Position numbers and translations under genes: made by a program
NCBI GenBank assembly: GCA_963725665.1
Contig: CAVRZA010000011.1
Coordinates: 32,001 to 96,000 of the forward strand
Direction: 5' to 3'
DNA length: 64,000 nt
From: an uncultured Actinomycetes bacterium
Lineage (GTDB): Bacteria > Actinomycetota > Thermoleophilia > UBA2241
Shown: positions 40,926 to 49,929 of the stretch, in pieces
How positions within the stretch are numbered: the stretch's first letter is position 1
How the letters are laid out: every line of letters starts with the position of its first letter
The notes under the pieces: generated by a model
The model's database searches: none
The model's input: the letters and a program-made list of their open reading frames with translations, nothing else
What the model was told of the DNA's origin: nothing

Positions 40926-43019
40926 ATGCGTCCCGCCTTCACAGAGCCGGTCGACCTCTACCGTGCGGCGCGCCGCCTCGGGCGACGCCCAGCACTGTTG
41001 GAGTCGCTCGGGCCCTCGGTGCCCTACGGCCGCCTGACCCTGCTGGGCACGCGCTGCGTGCGCGCGCTCGAGGTCTGGCACGGCGCGTTGTACGCCGACG
41101 GCCGCCGAGTCGGCGAGGCGCTCGAGGTGCTCGAGCGCCTCTCTGAGCGGCTCCGGAGTCGCGAGCAGCTCTTCCCGGCCTGGATCGGCTTCTTCGCCTA
41201 CGAGTTCGCCGGCCGCCTCGGGCTGCCGGCGGCGCAGCCGCTCGACGGGCTGCCCGAGGCGGCCTTCCGCCTCTACTCGGAGGGCTACGCCTGGATCGAC
41301 GGCGAGCCCGTGGCGGAGCCCGCCGGCGACGAGGAGCTCCGCCGCACGCTCGCTGTCGACGGCCGCGCTAGGCTGGCCGTCGACGGCCGCGCTACGCTGG
41401 CCGCCGACGGCCGCGCGCCCCTCCCCCCTCTGCCGCCCGTCGAGCTCGAGAGCGACTACCCGGCCGACGAGTTCATCGCCGGCGTGGACGACGTGCAGGA
41501 GCGCATCAGGGAGGGCTGGGTCTATCAGGTCAACCTCTCGCACCGCTTCCACTTCGCCGCTCGTTCGCTCGACCCGCTAGCCTGCTACGAGCGCCTGCGC
41601 GAGGCCAACCCGAGCCCCTTCATGGGGATCGTCGAAGGCGGCGGGCCCGCAGGCGCAGACGAGGCTTGCGGGGCTGCCCGAGACGACTGGGCCGTCGTCT
41701 CGGGCAGCCCCGAGCGGCTCTTCAACGTCGTCGACGGCGTCATGACGGCGCGGCCGATCGCGGGCACCCGCCCGCGCGGAGCCGCGCCCGACGAGGACGA
41801 AGCCTTCGAGGCGGAGCTGCGCGCCAGCCGCAAGGAGCAGGCCGAGCACGTGATGCTCGTCGACTTAGTGCGCAACGACCTCTCACGCGTCTGCGAAGCC
41901 GGCACGGTCGAGGTGAGCGAGGCCTTCACCGTCGAGCGCTACAGCCACGTGATGCACCTCGTCTCCGAGGTCAAGGGGCGCACCCGGGCCAGCTTCTCCG
42001 ACTGCGTGACGGCCGTCTTCCCCGGAGGCACAATCACCGGCGCGCCCAAGGAGAGCGTCATGCGCGAGATCGCGCGTCTCGAGCCGGTCTCCCGCGGCGC
42101 CTACACCGGCTCCCTGGGCTACGTCTCGGGGGCCGGTTGCGACTTCAACATCCTCATCCGCAGCTTCACCTTCGCCGGTGGTGTGGGCTACGTCTCGGGC
42201 GGCGGCGGCGACGTCATCGAGAGCGACGCCGCCGAGGAGTACCTCGAGACGCGACACAAGGTAGAGGCGCTGCTGCACGTGCTCGGGCGCGGGCGCGGGG
42301 GGCGCGAGCCGGCGCTGCCGGTCGTCGTGCGCTCCTGGCGCCCCCCGCGGCCGCGCGCCGCTTACGATGCCCACGTCCTCTTCGTCGAGTGCCACGACTC
42401 GTTCAGCTACAACATCGTCAACTACTTGCGCATGCTCGGCGCGCAGGTCACAGTGGTCGACCACGAGGAGGACCCGGCGCGCCACCTCGGAGTGCCGGCG
42501 AACGTAGAACTCGCAGCCGCGCGCGCGGCGACGTGCCCGGAGCATGTGCCCGGGTCGCCTGGGCCCGGTCCGACCCACGTCGTCATCGGCCCCGGCCCTG
42601 GCGACCCCCACACCTCAGGCCGTGTCCTCGACTGGCTCGCGGCCGTACTCGCCGAACGCATGCCCTTCCTCGGCGTCTGCCTCGGACACCAGGCGCTCGG
42701 CGTCGCCCTCGGGGCGGCCCTCGAACGAGCGCCCCGGCCCATCCACGGCGAGGACCATCCCGTGCGGCACGACGCCATCGGGATCTTCGCCGGACTTCCC
42801 GACCCGGCGCCGTTCACGCGCTACCACTCCCTGCACCTCGTCGACCTGCCGCCCGAGCTCGCCGCACGCGCGTACACGCCCGACGGGGTGTTGATGGCCG
42901 TCGAGCACCTGCGGCTGCCTGCCTGGGGCGTGCAGTTCCACCCCGAGAGCATGCTGAGCCCCTACGGCCTCGACCTGCTGGCGAACTTCCTCGAGCTGCG
43001 CGGTGAGAGGCCGGCGTGA
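40926..43019 (+). CDS. Fused chorismate-utilising aminase (PabB/TrpE) plus C-terminal glutamine amidotransferase
   Basis: LLES, YQVNLS, SPERL, RPIAGTRPRG, EHVMLVDLVRNDL, FPGGTITGAPK; GATase GPGPG, GVCLGHQ, RYHSL, QFHPES. Confidence 0.9.
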   Translation: MRPAFTEPVDLYRAARRLGRRPALLESLGPSVPYGRLTLLGTRCVRALEVWHGALYADGRRVGEALEVLERLSERLRSREQLFPAWIGFFAYEFAGRLGLPAAQPLDGLPEAAFRLYSEGYAWIDGEPVAEPAGDEELRRTLAVDGRARLAVDGRATLAADGRAPLPPLPPVELESDYPADEFIAGVDDVQERIREGWVYQVNLSHRFHFAARSLDPLACYERLREANPSPFMGIVEGGGPAGADEACGAARDDWAVVSGSPERLFNVVDGVMTARPIAGTRPRGAAPDEDEAFEAELRASRKEQAEHVMLVDLVRNDLSRVCEAGTVEVSEAFTVERYSHVMHLVSEVKGRTRASFSDCVTAVFPGGTITGAPKESVMREIARLEPVSRGAYTGSLGYVSGAGCDFNILIRSFTFAGGVGYVSGGGGDVIESDAAEEYLETRHKVEALLHVLGRGRGGREPALPVVVRSWRPPRPRAAYDAHVLFVECHDSFSYNIVNYLRMLGAQVTVVDHEEDPARHLGVPANVELAAARAATCPEHVPGSPGPGPTHVVIGPGPGDPHTSGRVLDWLAAVLAERMPFLGVCLGHQALGVALGAALERAPRPIHGEDHPVRHDAIGIFAGLPDPAPFTRYHSLHLVDLPPELAARAYTPDGVLMAVEHLRLPAWGVQFHPESMLSPYGLDLLANFLELRGERPA
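41348..41419 (+). repeat. 24-bp in-frame tandem repeat x3 (LAVDGRAR)
   Basis: gctcgctgtcgacggccgcgctag / gctggccgtcgacggccgcgctac / gctggccgccgacggccgcgcgcc. Confidence 0.8.
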
Positions 43020-43714
43020 AGAGGCGCGTCGTCCTCCTCACCCTCCTTTTGGGCGCCCCGTTCGCCCTCTTCCTCGCTCTCGCCGAGGACGTCGCCGAAC
43101 AGCAGGTGTTCGCCTGGGACACGGACATCCTGCGCTGGGCCGCCGATCACCGCACGCCTTCCTTGGACCGGCTCATGCAGGTGATCACCGACCTGGGCGC
43201 GACGCTCACGCTCACCGGGGCGGCCCTCGCACTCACGGCACTTCTCCTCTTCAAGCGCCTGCACCGGGAGGCGCTGTTCGTCGTCCTCTCCGTTGGTGGG
43301 GCGGCCGTCCTGAACGTGCTGCTCAAGCAGTTGTTTCAGCGTCCGCGGCCCGACATCGTCACCCCGGTCGTCAGTGCACACGGCTTCGCCTTTCCCAGCG
43401 GGCACACGATGAGCTCGATGGCTCTCGCCTGCGCCGTGACGCTCCTCTGCTGGCGCGCTCGCTGGCGCTACCGCTGGCCGGTCTCGGCGGGGGCGCTCGC
43501 CTTCGCCTTGCTCGTCGGCGCCTCGCGCGTCTACCTTGGCGTCCACTATCCCTCCGACGTGCTCGCCGGCTGGCTCGTCTCGCTCGACCTTGTGGGCGTC
43601 GTCTACCTACTCCTCTTTCACGTCGGTCAGGCAGAACGTCCTGCAGGAGAGCGAACCACCGCTTTCGAACCACTAGCTACGACCCCGGGAGGAGACCATG
43701 GCGACCAAGCTTGA
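43016..43714 (+). CDS. PAP2-family membrane phosphatase
   Basis: KQLFQRPRP, FPSGH, SRVYLGVHYPSDVLAG. Confidence 0.92.
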   Translation: MKRRVVLLTLLLGAPFALFLALAEDVAEQQVFAWDTDILRWAADHRTPSLDRLMQVITDLGATLTLTGAALALTALLLFKRLHREALFVVLSVGGAAVLNVLLKQLFQRPRPDIVTPVVSAHGFAFPSGHTMSSMALACAVTLLCWRARWRYRWPVSAGALAFALLVGASRVYLGVHYPSDVLAGWLVSLDLVGVVYLLLFHVGQAERPAGERTTAFEPLATTPGGDHGDQA

Positions 43715-44333
43715 CCTGAGCAAGCAGTTCAAGGAGCTCTACTTCCCGCCCAAGACGCCCGTGCTCGTCGAGGTGCCGCCGCTCGACTTCCTCGTCGTCG
43801 ACGGTCGCGGGCATCCCGAGGGCGGTTCATTTCAGGAGGCGCTGCAGGCCCTCTACAGCGCCGCCTACACGCTCAAGTTCTCAGTCAAAGGCAGCGACCC
43901 GGCGCTCGACTGGAAGGTCATGCCTCTCGAGGCGCTGTGGTGGGTCGAGGGGGTCGAGCACCTCGGCCTGCAGGCCGTCGACGAGAGCCGTAAGGAGGAC
44001 TGGGAATGGCGGGCCATGATCGCCCAGCCCGACTACATCACGGCCGCGATGCTCGACGGCGCCCGTGAGGAGCTCAAACGCAAGAAGAAGGACGCGCCGC
44101 GCTTGGCCGACGTGCATCTGCAGCGCATCGACGAAGGTCGCTGCGCTCAGGTCATGCACATCGGCCCCTACGACGCCGAACGCCCGACGATCGAGGCCCT
44201 GCACGCCTTCATCGAGGAGCAGGGCATGCGCGTCGCCGGACGCCACCACGAAATCTACCTCGGCGACCCGCGCCGGACGACGCCGGAGAAGCTGCGCACG
44301 GTCATCAGGTATGCGGTCGCGCCAGCCGACTAA
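43698..44333 (+). CDS. GyrI-like small-molecule-binding protein
   Basis: VMPLEALWW, QVMHIGPY, HHEIYLGDPRR. Confidence 0.85.
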   Translation: MATKLDLSKQFKELYFPPKTPVLVEVPPLDFLVVDGRGHPEGGSFQEALQALYSAAYTLKFSVKGSDPALDWKVMPLEALWWVEGVEHLGLQAVDESRKEDWEWRAMIAQPDYITAAMLDGAREELKRKKKDAPRLADVHLQRIDEGRCAQVMHIGPYDAERPTIEALHAFIEEQGMRVAGRHHEIYLGDPRRTTPEKLRTVIRYAVAPAD

Positions 44334-44483
44334 GAAGCGCAGCACGCGTCATTCGACGAGCATGGGCCAGCCCCGGGCGAGAAGGGGCGAACGTCGGTCG
44401 GTCAAGCCCGCGGGCGACTCCTCCGACGATACCCTCTATAATCGGTGTCCGCGCACAGCGGAACGGCAATACCCCGGAGGAGC

Positions 44484-45416
44484 ATGGGGACGCACCCTGC
44501 CAGACACGAAGCCCACCACGCAGGCCATCTGCTTGCCGTAGCGTTGCTGGTGTCGGCAACGCTTTGCCTGTCGTTGCTGGTGTTCGCCGGCAGCGCGCTG
44601 GCGGCGCCTTCGGCCTCGCAGATCGACGCCTACTTCTTCTCCAAGGGCTCGCCGCTGAGCGGCAGCGGGCAGGCGTTCTACGAGGCCGGCAGGGCGTACG
44701 GGATCGATCCGGCCTTCCTCGTCGCCATCACCGGCGCCGAGAGCAGCTTCGGCGCGCTCCTCTACCACTCGGGGACCGAATACGCGACCTACAACGCCTG
44801 GAACTGGTTCTACGCCGACCCGCGCTACGCGAGTGACTTCGCCTCCTGGAGCGACGGGGTGATACGGGTGGCGCAGGGTCTGTCGGGGACCCTCTACTAC
44901 GGCGCCGGTCGCTACGGGGTGCTCGACATCGCGCCCGTCTACTGCCCCGAAGGCACGCAGGATTGGATCAACAACGTCACCTTCTTCATGCTAGAGCTCG
45001 GGGCCAATCCGTCGGACACGCGCTGGTCTGGGACGGGCGCGGCGGCGTCCGGCGCCGCCGCGCCCGTCCCAGACCTGCCGACGCTGGCCCTCGACGGCAA
45101 GGTGCTCGTCGACGCGCCACGTTACTCGGACGGAGTGCTGCGCGCCACGTTCGCCGTGCGTAACGTGGGCAAACAGGCCGGAGGCTGGGAGTCGGTCACG
45201 CTGGTGCTACGGCGACAAGGCAGCAAGCGCGAGGTCAACGTCGGTCCGGCGACGGCGCTCATCCTCGCCGCCGACACGGGGACGACCTACGCCGTGACGA
45301 GCAGCTTCCCGTCGGCGGGCACGTGGAGGGGCACCATCTGGGTCAAGAGCGGAGGCCGCTGGTGGGTCCTCGCCACGGACCCGGCCTTCGAGGTCACCGT
45401 CGCCGCACGCGGCTAG
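44484..45416 (+). CDS. Secreted lysozyme-like (glucosaminidase-like) domain protein with C-terminal Ig-like domain
   Basis: Signal peptide; GIDPAFLVAITGAESSFG, YNAWNW, WINNV; TATAAT -10 at 44437-44442. Confidence 0.65.
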   Translation: MGTHPARHEAHHAGHLLAVALLVSATLCLSLLVFAGSALAAPSASQIDAYFFSKGSPLSGSGQAFYEAGRAYGIDPAFLVAITGAESSFGALLYHSGTEYATYNAWNWFYADPRYASDFASWSDGVIRVAQGLSGTLYYGAGRYGVLDIAPVYCPEGTQDWINNVTFFMLELGANPSDTRWSGTGAAASGAAAPVPDLPTLALDGKVLVDAPRYSDGVLRATFAVRNVGKQAGGWESVTLVLRRQGSKREVNVGPATALILAADTGTTYAVTSSFPSAGTWRGTIWVKSGGRWWVLATDPAFEVTVAARG

Positions 45417-45476
45417 CACCATCCGCCAGGCGAGCGACTCGCCGCGCTCGGCCTCCGGCGGTCGCCGCGGCGAGCT

Positions 45477-45719
45477 TCAGGAACCCTGGTGGGTCGAGTC
45501 GCGCAGCAGCCGCTCGGTGAGCTGCTTGTGCTCCTCGGGTGTGAGCGATCCCAGTACGGTGCTGAAGGTCCCGTTCACCATGCGCTCGGCGAAGTTGACG
45601 CGTTCGGCCGGCGTCATGCGCTGGAGCATGACCTCCAGGGTGTGCGTCAAGACCTGTTCGACCTCGGCGGGGTGCATGGTGCGCGCGGCCGTACCGGCGA
45701 TGTTCTTCAACAGCGACAT
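45477..45719 (-). CDS. Small helical hypothetical protein
   Basis: AAGGA RBS, ATG, typical codon usage; internal MTPAER/LTPEEH repeat. Confidence 0.6.
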   Translation of the reverse strand: MSLLKNIAGTAARTMHPAEVEQVLTHTLEVMLQRMTPAERVNFAERMVNGTFSTVLGSLTPEEHKQLTERLLRDSTHQGS

Positions 45720-45774
45720 CTCGTCCTTATCTTCGTCGTTGCGACGCCCGCGCCTGCACCGCTAGGCTGTGAGC

Positions 45775-46500
45775 ATGCTCACCGCAGTCACCTTCGACCT
45801 CTGGGACACGCTGGTGACCGACCGCGATCTCCTCGATCGGATGGCCCTGCGGGCCACGCGTCTGCGCGACGTGCTGGCGCCGCTTGGAGTGTACCCCGGC
45901 GACGAAGAGCTAGAGCGCGCGTTCGGGGAGTCGTGGAGGAACTTTGACCGCGTCTGGACGAGCGAGCACCGCACGCCGAGCACGGCCGAGTCGACCGACG
46001 TCGTGCTCGCCGAGCTCGGCGTCGACGCCTCGGCGGCCACAAGGGCGACGATAACGCGCGTGATGGAGGACCTCGTCATCGAGGTGCCGCCGGTGCCGGT
46101 CGAGGGCGCCGCCGAGGTGCTCGCCGAGCTCGGGGGTAGCTACCGCATCGGTCTGGTGTCCGACACCGGGCTGTCGCCGGGGCGCGCCCTGCGCTGCGTG
46201 CTCGAAAGCCTTGGGCTCCTCAAACACTTCACGTTCCTCTACTTCTCCGACGAGGGGGGCATGAGCAAGCCCGACCCGCGGGTCTTCGCCCTCGTGCTCG
46301 AGAGGCTCGGCGCACGGCCGCCGCAAGCCGCCCACGTCGGCGACATCCTGCGCACCGACATCGTGGGCGCCCAGCAGGCGGGCATGCACGCCGTCCACTT
46401 CGTCGGCGTGAACGCCAGCGACGCCGGCTGGTCGACCGCCGACCGGGTGATAGAACGCCTAAGCGAACTGCCGCGGGCGCTCGCCGAACTGCCGCAGTGA
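45775..46500 (+). CDS. HAD-family hydrolase
   Basis: FDLWDTL, VSDT, KPDP, HVGD. Confidence 0.88.
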   Translation: MLTAVTFDLWDTLVTDRDLLDRMALRATRLRDVLAPLGVYPGDEELERAFGESWRNFDRVWTSEHRTPSTAESTDVVLAELGVDASAATRATITRVMEDLVIEVPPVPVEGAAEVLAELGGSYRIGLVSDTGLSPGRALRCVLESLGLLKHFTFLYFSDEGGMSKPDPRVFALVLERLGARPPQAAHVGDILRTDIVGAQQAGMHAVHFVGVNASDAGWSTADRVIERLSELPRALAELPQ

Positions 46501-46507
46501 GAGCGAC

Positions 46508-47116
46508 GTGCCGGAGGCGCACACCGGGATGAACGACCAGACGGCCAATGCGCGGGCGGGGAGGACCGACCAGACGGTCGGGACTCTTCTCGCGCCTTGG
46601 ATCGCCCGCGCCGCCGACCTGGGCGCCGAGGCGCGGCGCATCGATCCGTGCGTGGTGGCGACGGCCGAATGGGTGCGCATGAAGTGCCGCTACGGCTGCC
46701 CCGACTACGGTACGAGCTTTGCCTGCCCGCCCTCCTCGCCCACACCCTCGGAGACGCGGCGGCTGCTCGACGAGTACGCGGCGGCTCTGCTGCTGCGCGT
46801 CGCCGTCGATCCCGGCGGCGACGCGGCCGAGCAGAGCCGCCGCCTCTCTCGCATCGCCCTCACGCTCGAACGCGAGCTCTTCCTCGACGGCTTCTACCAG
46901 GCCTTCGCAATCATCGCCGGCGGCTTCTGCACGCCCTGTGACACGCGGGAGTGTCTTGCGGCCGGGCGTTGTCTGTACCCCGACCATGCCCGGCCCTCGA
47001 TCGCCGCCAGCGGCATCGACGTGTTCGCCACGTCCGCGGCCGCCGGCTGGCCCCTGCGCATCGTGCGCGACGGCGACGATCCCTACCGCCTCTTCGCCCT
47101 CGTCCTCGTCCGGTGA
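46508..47116 (+). CDS. DUF2284 predicted metal-binding protein
   Basis: WVRMKCRYGC, CPP, LERELF, CTPC, RPSIAASGIDVF. Confidence 0.82.
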   Translation: MPEAHTGMNDQTANARAGRTDQTVGTLLAPWIARAADLGAEARRIDPCVVATAEWVRMKCRYGCPDYGTSFACPPSSPTPSETRRLLDEYAAALLLRVAVDPGGDAAEQSRRLSRIALTLERELFLDGFYQAFAIIAGGFCTPCDTRECLAAGRCLYPDHARPSIAASGIDVFATSAAAGWPLRIVRDGDDPYRLFALVLVR

Positions 47117-47135
47117 GCGAGCAAAGGAGTCCCCG

Positions 47136-47765
47136 ATGGCAGTGAGCGACGCTTCAGTTCCAGAGGCCTCCGGACTTCCGCCGGCCACAGCGTCCTCGAC
47201 GCCCCCCACGGCTTCCCCGCCCTCCGAGGCCCCCGACCTCGGACCCTGGATCGACCGCGCCCTGGCGCTCGGGTGCGATCGGGCCCAGGTCATCGACCCG
47301 AAGAACGTGGTCGTCGCGCACTGGGTACGCATGAAGTGCCTGTACGGCTGCGACGAGCCAGGCGTCTACAGGACGTGTCCTCCCGACGGGGCGCCGGCCC
47401 TCGACGACACACGCCGTGTGCTGCAGGAGTTCGGGCGGGCGATCCTCGTGGGCGTCGGCCCGATCGTCGGCGATGAGCGCTCCGCGCCCGAGTCGCGACG
47501 GCTCAACAGCGCCGCGGTGGCGCTCGAGCGCGAGCTCTTCCTCGCCGGGTTCCACAAGGCGTGGACCATGGGCTCCGGGCCCTGCGACATCTGCGCCGCG
47601 TGCTCGCAGGGCGAGCCCTGCCCGACCCCGGAGCTTGCCCGTCCCTCGATGGAGGGCTGCGGCGTCGACGTCTTCACGACCGTTCGCAAGGCCGGCTGGG
47701 AGATCGACGTCGTCAAGACGCGCGAGGATCAGTTCCGCTTCTTCGCCCTCGTCTTGGTCGACTAA
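47136..47765 (+). CDS. DUF2284 predicted metal-binding protein (tandem paralogue)
   Basis: WVRMKCLYGC, CPP, LERELF, CDICAAC, RPSMEGCGVDVF; AAGGAG RBS. Confidence 0.85.
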   Translation: MAVSDASVPEASGLPPATASSTPPTASPPSEAPDLGPWIDRALALGCDRAQVIDPKNVVVAHWVRMKCLYGCDEPGVYRTCPPDGAPALDDTRRVLQEFGRAILVGVGPIVGDERSAPESRRLNSAAVALERELFLAGFHKAWTMGSGPCDICAACSQGEPCPTPELARPSMEGCGVDVFTTVRKAGWEIDVVKTREDQFRFFALVLVD

Positions 47766-47813
47766 CGACGGCAACCGAAGCTGCGACGCGCAGCACGTGA
47801 GGAGGACTGACTG

Positions 47814-48365
47814 GTGATCGAGGCGCTGCTGGTCGACTGGGGCGGGACACTGATGGCGGACCTGCCCGGCCACGACGACCTGCCGATGGCCCAGTGGCCG
47901 CGGGTCGAGAAGATGCCCCGCGCGGACGAGGCGCTGTCTCGCGTGAAGGAGCGACTGCCCGTCTACGTGGCCTCGAACACCGATCTCTCCGACGGACCCC
48001 TGGTGCTCGCCGCCCTCGAGCGCGTCGGCCTCGCCGATCTGATCGACGGCGTGTTCGCCTCGCTCGACCTCGGCGTCGCCAAACCCGAGGCCGCGTTCTT
48101 CGACGCCGTGCTCGACACGCTCGGCCTGCTCCCCAACCAGGCCGTCATGGTCGGCGACACCTACGAGAACGACATCGTCGGCGCCAAACATGTCGGCCTG
48201 TGGTCGGTCTGGTACAACCCCGGCGGCGACGGCTGCCCGGTGAGCGAGCCCCTGCACGACGTCGAGATCGCCGACCTGCGGGAGCTGCCGGCGGCGATCG
48301 ACGAGGTCGCGGGGCTCGCCGAGCGCATGAGCCCGCGGCCCTGGCGCAGGCTGCTGCGCGAGTAG
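47814..48365 (+). CDS. HAD-family hydrolase
   Basis: VDWGGTL, ASNT, KPE, MVGDTYEND. Confidence 0.85.
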   Translation: MIEALLVDWGGTLMADLPGHDDLPMAQWPRVEKMPRADEALSRVKERLPVYVASNTDLSDGPLVLAALERVGLADLIDGVFASLDLGVAKPEAAFFDAVLDTLGLLPNQAVMVGDTYENDIVGAKHVGLWSVWYNPGGDGCPVSEPLHDVEIADLRELPAAIDEVAGLAERMSPRPWRRLLRE

Positions 48366-48380
48366 GCAGGCGGGCGAGCG

Positions 48381-49844
48381 CTAGTCGATGAAGGCGGCCG
48401 CGGTCGCCAGGCGGCCGGCCGCCTCGTCGCGGCCCAGCACGACGAGCGACTCGAAGAGACCCGGCGTGACGCTCTGGCCGCTCATCCCCAGCCTGAGCGC
48501 GGCGAAGACCGCCTTGGGCTTCACGCCGAGCTGTTCGGGCAGCGCGCGCACCGCGGCCTCGACGTGCTCGACGTCGAACGGCTCGACCTGCGCCAGCGCC
48601 ACCGCGGCGCTCTCGAGGGTCTGTTTCGCCGAGGCCGTCGAGGCCAGCCGTGCGCGCGCCTCGTCCGAGAAGGCAAGCGGCCGGAAGAAGAACCCGGCGA
48701 TGCCTGGGAACTGCGAGAGCAGCTCGATCTTCTCCTGCACCAGGGGCGCGAGCTCTTGCACGAGATGGCGGTCCTCGTCGCCGGGCACTCCGTCCTCGAA
48801 GAAGCCGGTGCGCGCCAGATAGGCGAGCAACGCCTCGGCCAACGCTTCGGGCCGCATCTCGCGGATGAAGCGTCCGTTCATCCAGCGCAGCTTCTCGGGA
48901 TCGAAGATGGTAGCGCTCGTGTTGAGCCGCTCGAGGTCGAAGTGCGCCACGAGGTCGTCTGGCGTCCAGGCGATCATCGTCTCGTCGAACTCTGAGCTCA
49001 GAAGAACCAGGTAGTTGCGCACCACCTCGGGCAGCAGGCCCTCGGCGGTGAGCTCCTCGACCGTGGTCGCGCCGTGGCGCTTGGAGAGCTTCTTGCGGTC
49101 GGTGCCGAAGAGCAGCGGGATGTGCAGGAAGCGCGGCGCCGGCTCGCCGAGCGCCTCGTAGATGAGGACCTGCTTCGGCGTGTTCGAGAGATGATCGTCG
49201 CCGCGGATCACGTGGCTGATGGCCATGGTGACGTCGTCGATCACGACGGCGAAGTTGTAGGTGAAGGTGCCGTCGCTGCGGCGGACGATGAAGTCGCCGA
49301 TCGTCTCGTTGGCGAACTCGACCGGCGCCCGCAGCATGTCGTCGACCGCGGTCACGCCGGGCGGCACCCGGAAGCGCGTGGCCGCCGGCTCGCCGGCGGC
49401 CACGCGCTTCTCGACCTCGTCGATCGACAGGCCGCGGCAGCGTCCGCTGTAGACCCAGGCGCGCTTCTCGGCGACGGCGGTCGCACGCTCGGCCTCGAGC
49501 TCCTGCGGCGTGCAGAAGCAGGTGTAGGCGCGGCCACTCTCCTCGAGGCGGCGCAGGTAGTCCTCATAGAGCGACTGGCGCTGCGTCTGCCGGTAGGGCC
49601 CGTAGGGTCCTCCGACGTCGGGCCCCTCGTCCCAGTCGAGCCCCAGCTCGTGCAGCGAGTCGACGATCTGCCGGATGGCCTCGTCGGTCGAGCGAGTCGG
49701 GTCGGTGTCCTCGATGCGCAGCACGAAGTCGCCCTGATGGCGGCGGGCGTAGATCCAGTTGTAGAGGGCCGTGCGCGCGCCGCCCAGGTGCAAGAAGCCG
49801 GTCGGGGAGGGCGCGAAGCGGACGCGGACGCGTTCTGGGGTCAT
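48381..49844 (-). CDS. gltX: Glutamate--tRNA ligase
   Basis: RFAPSPTG, HLGG (HIGH), LRIEDTD, HVIRGDDH, KLSKR. Confidence 0.96.
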   Translation of the reverse strand: MTPERVRVRFAPSPTGFLHLGGARTALYNWIYARRHQGDFVLRIEDTDPTRSTDEAIRQIVDSLHELGLDWDEGPDVGGPYGPYRQTQRQSLYEDYLRRLEESGRAYTCFCTPQELEAERATAVAEKRAWVYSGRCRGLSIDEVEKRVAAGEPAATRFRVPPGVTAVDDMLRAPVEFANETIGDFIVRRSDGTFTYNFAVVIDDVTMAISHVIRGDDHLSNTPKQVLIYEALGEPAPRFLHIPLLFGTDRKKLSKRHGATTVEELTAEGLLPEVVRNYLVLLSSEFDETMIAWTPDDLVAHFDLERLNTSATIFDPEKLRWMNGRFIREMRPEALAEALLAYLARTGFFEDGVPGDEDRHLVQELAPLVQEKIELLSQFPGIAGFFFRPLAFSDEARARLASTASAKQTLESAAVALAQVEPFDVEHVEAAVRALPEQLGVKPKAVFAALRLGMSGQSVTPGLFESLVVLGRDEAAGRLATAAAFID

Positions 49845-49929
49845 GGGCCTATGATACCCCGCCGGCGAGCGGCGGCGACGCTCGCGACCCAGGCGACGAT
49901 CGCGCTCGGGGCACGCAGCGGAGCCCGAC

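Noticed and set aside
48360-48400. tRNA-Gln/Glu genes often found after gltX
   Set aside because: gltX abuts a convergent HAD gene; no cloverleaf seen
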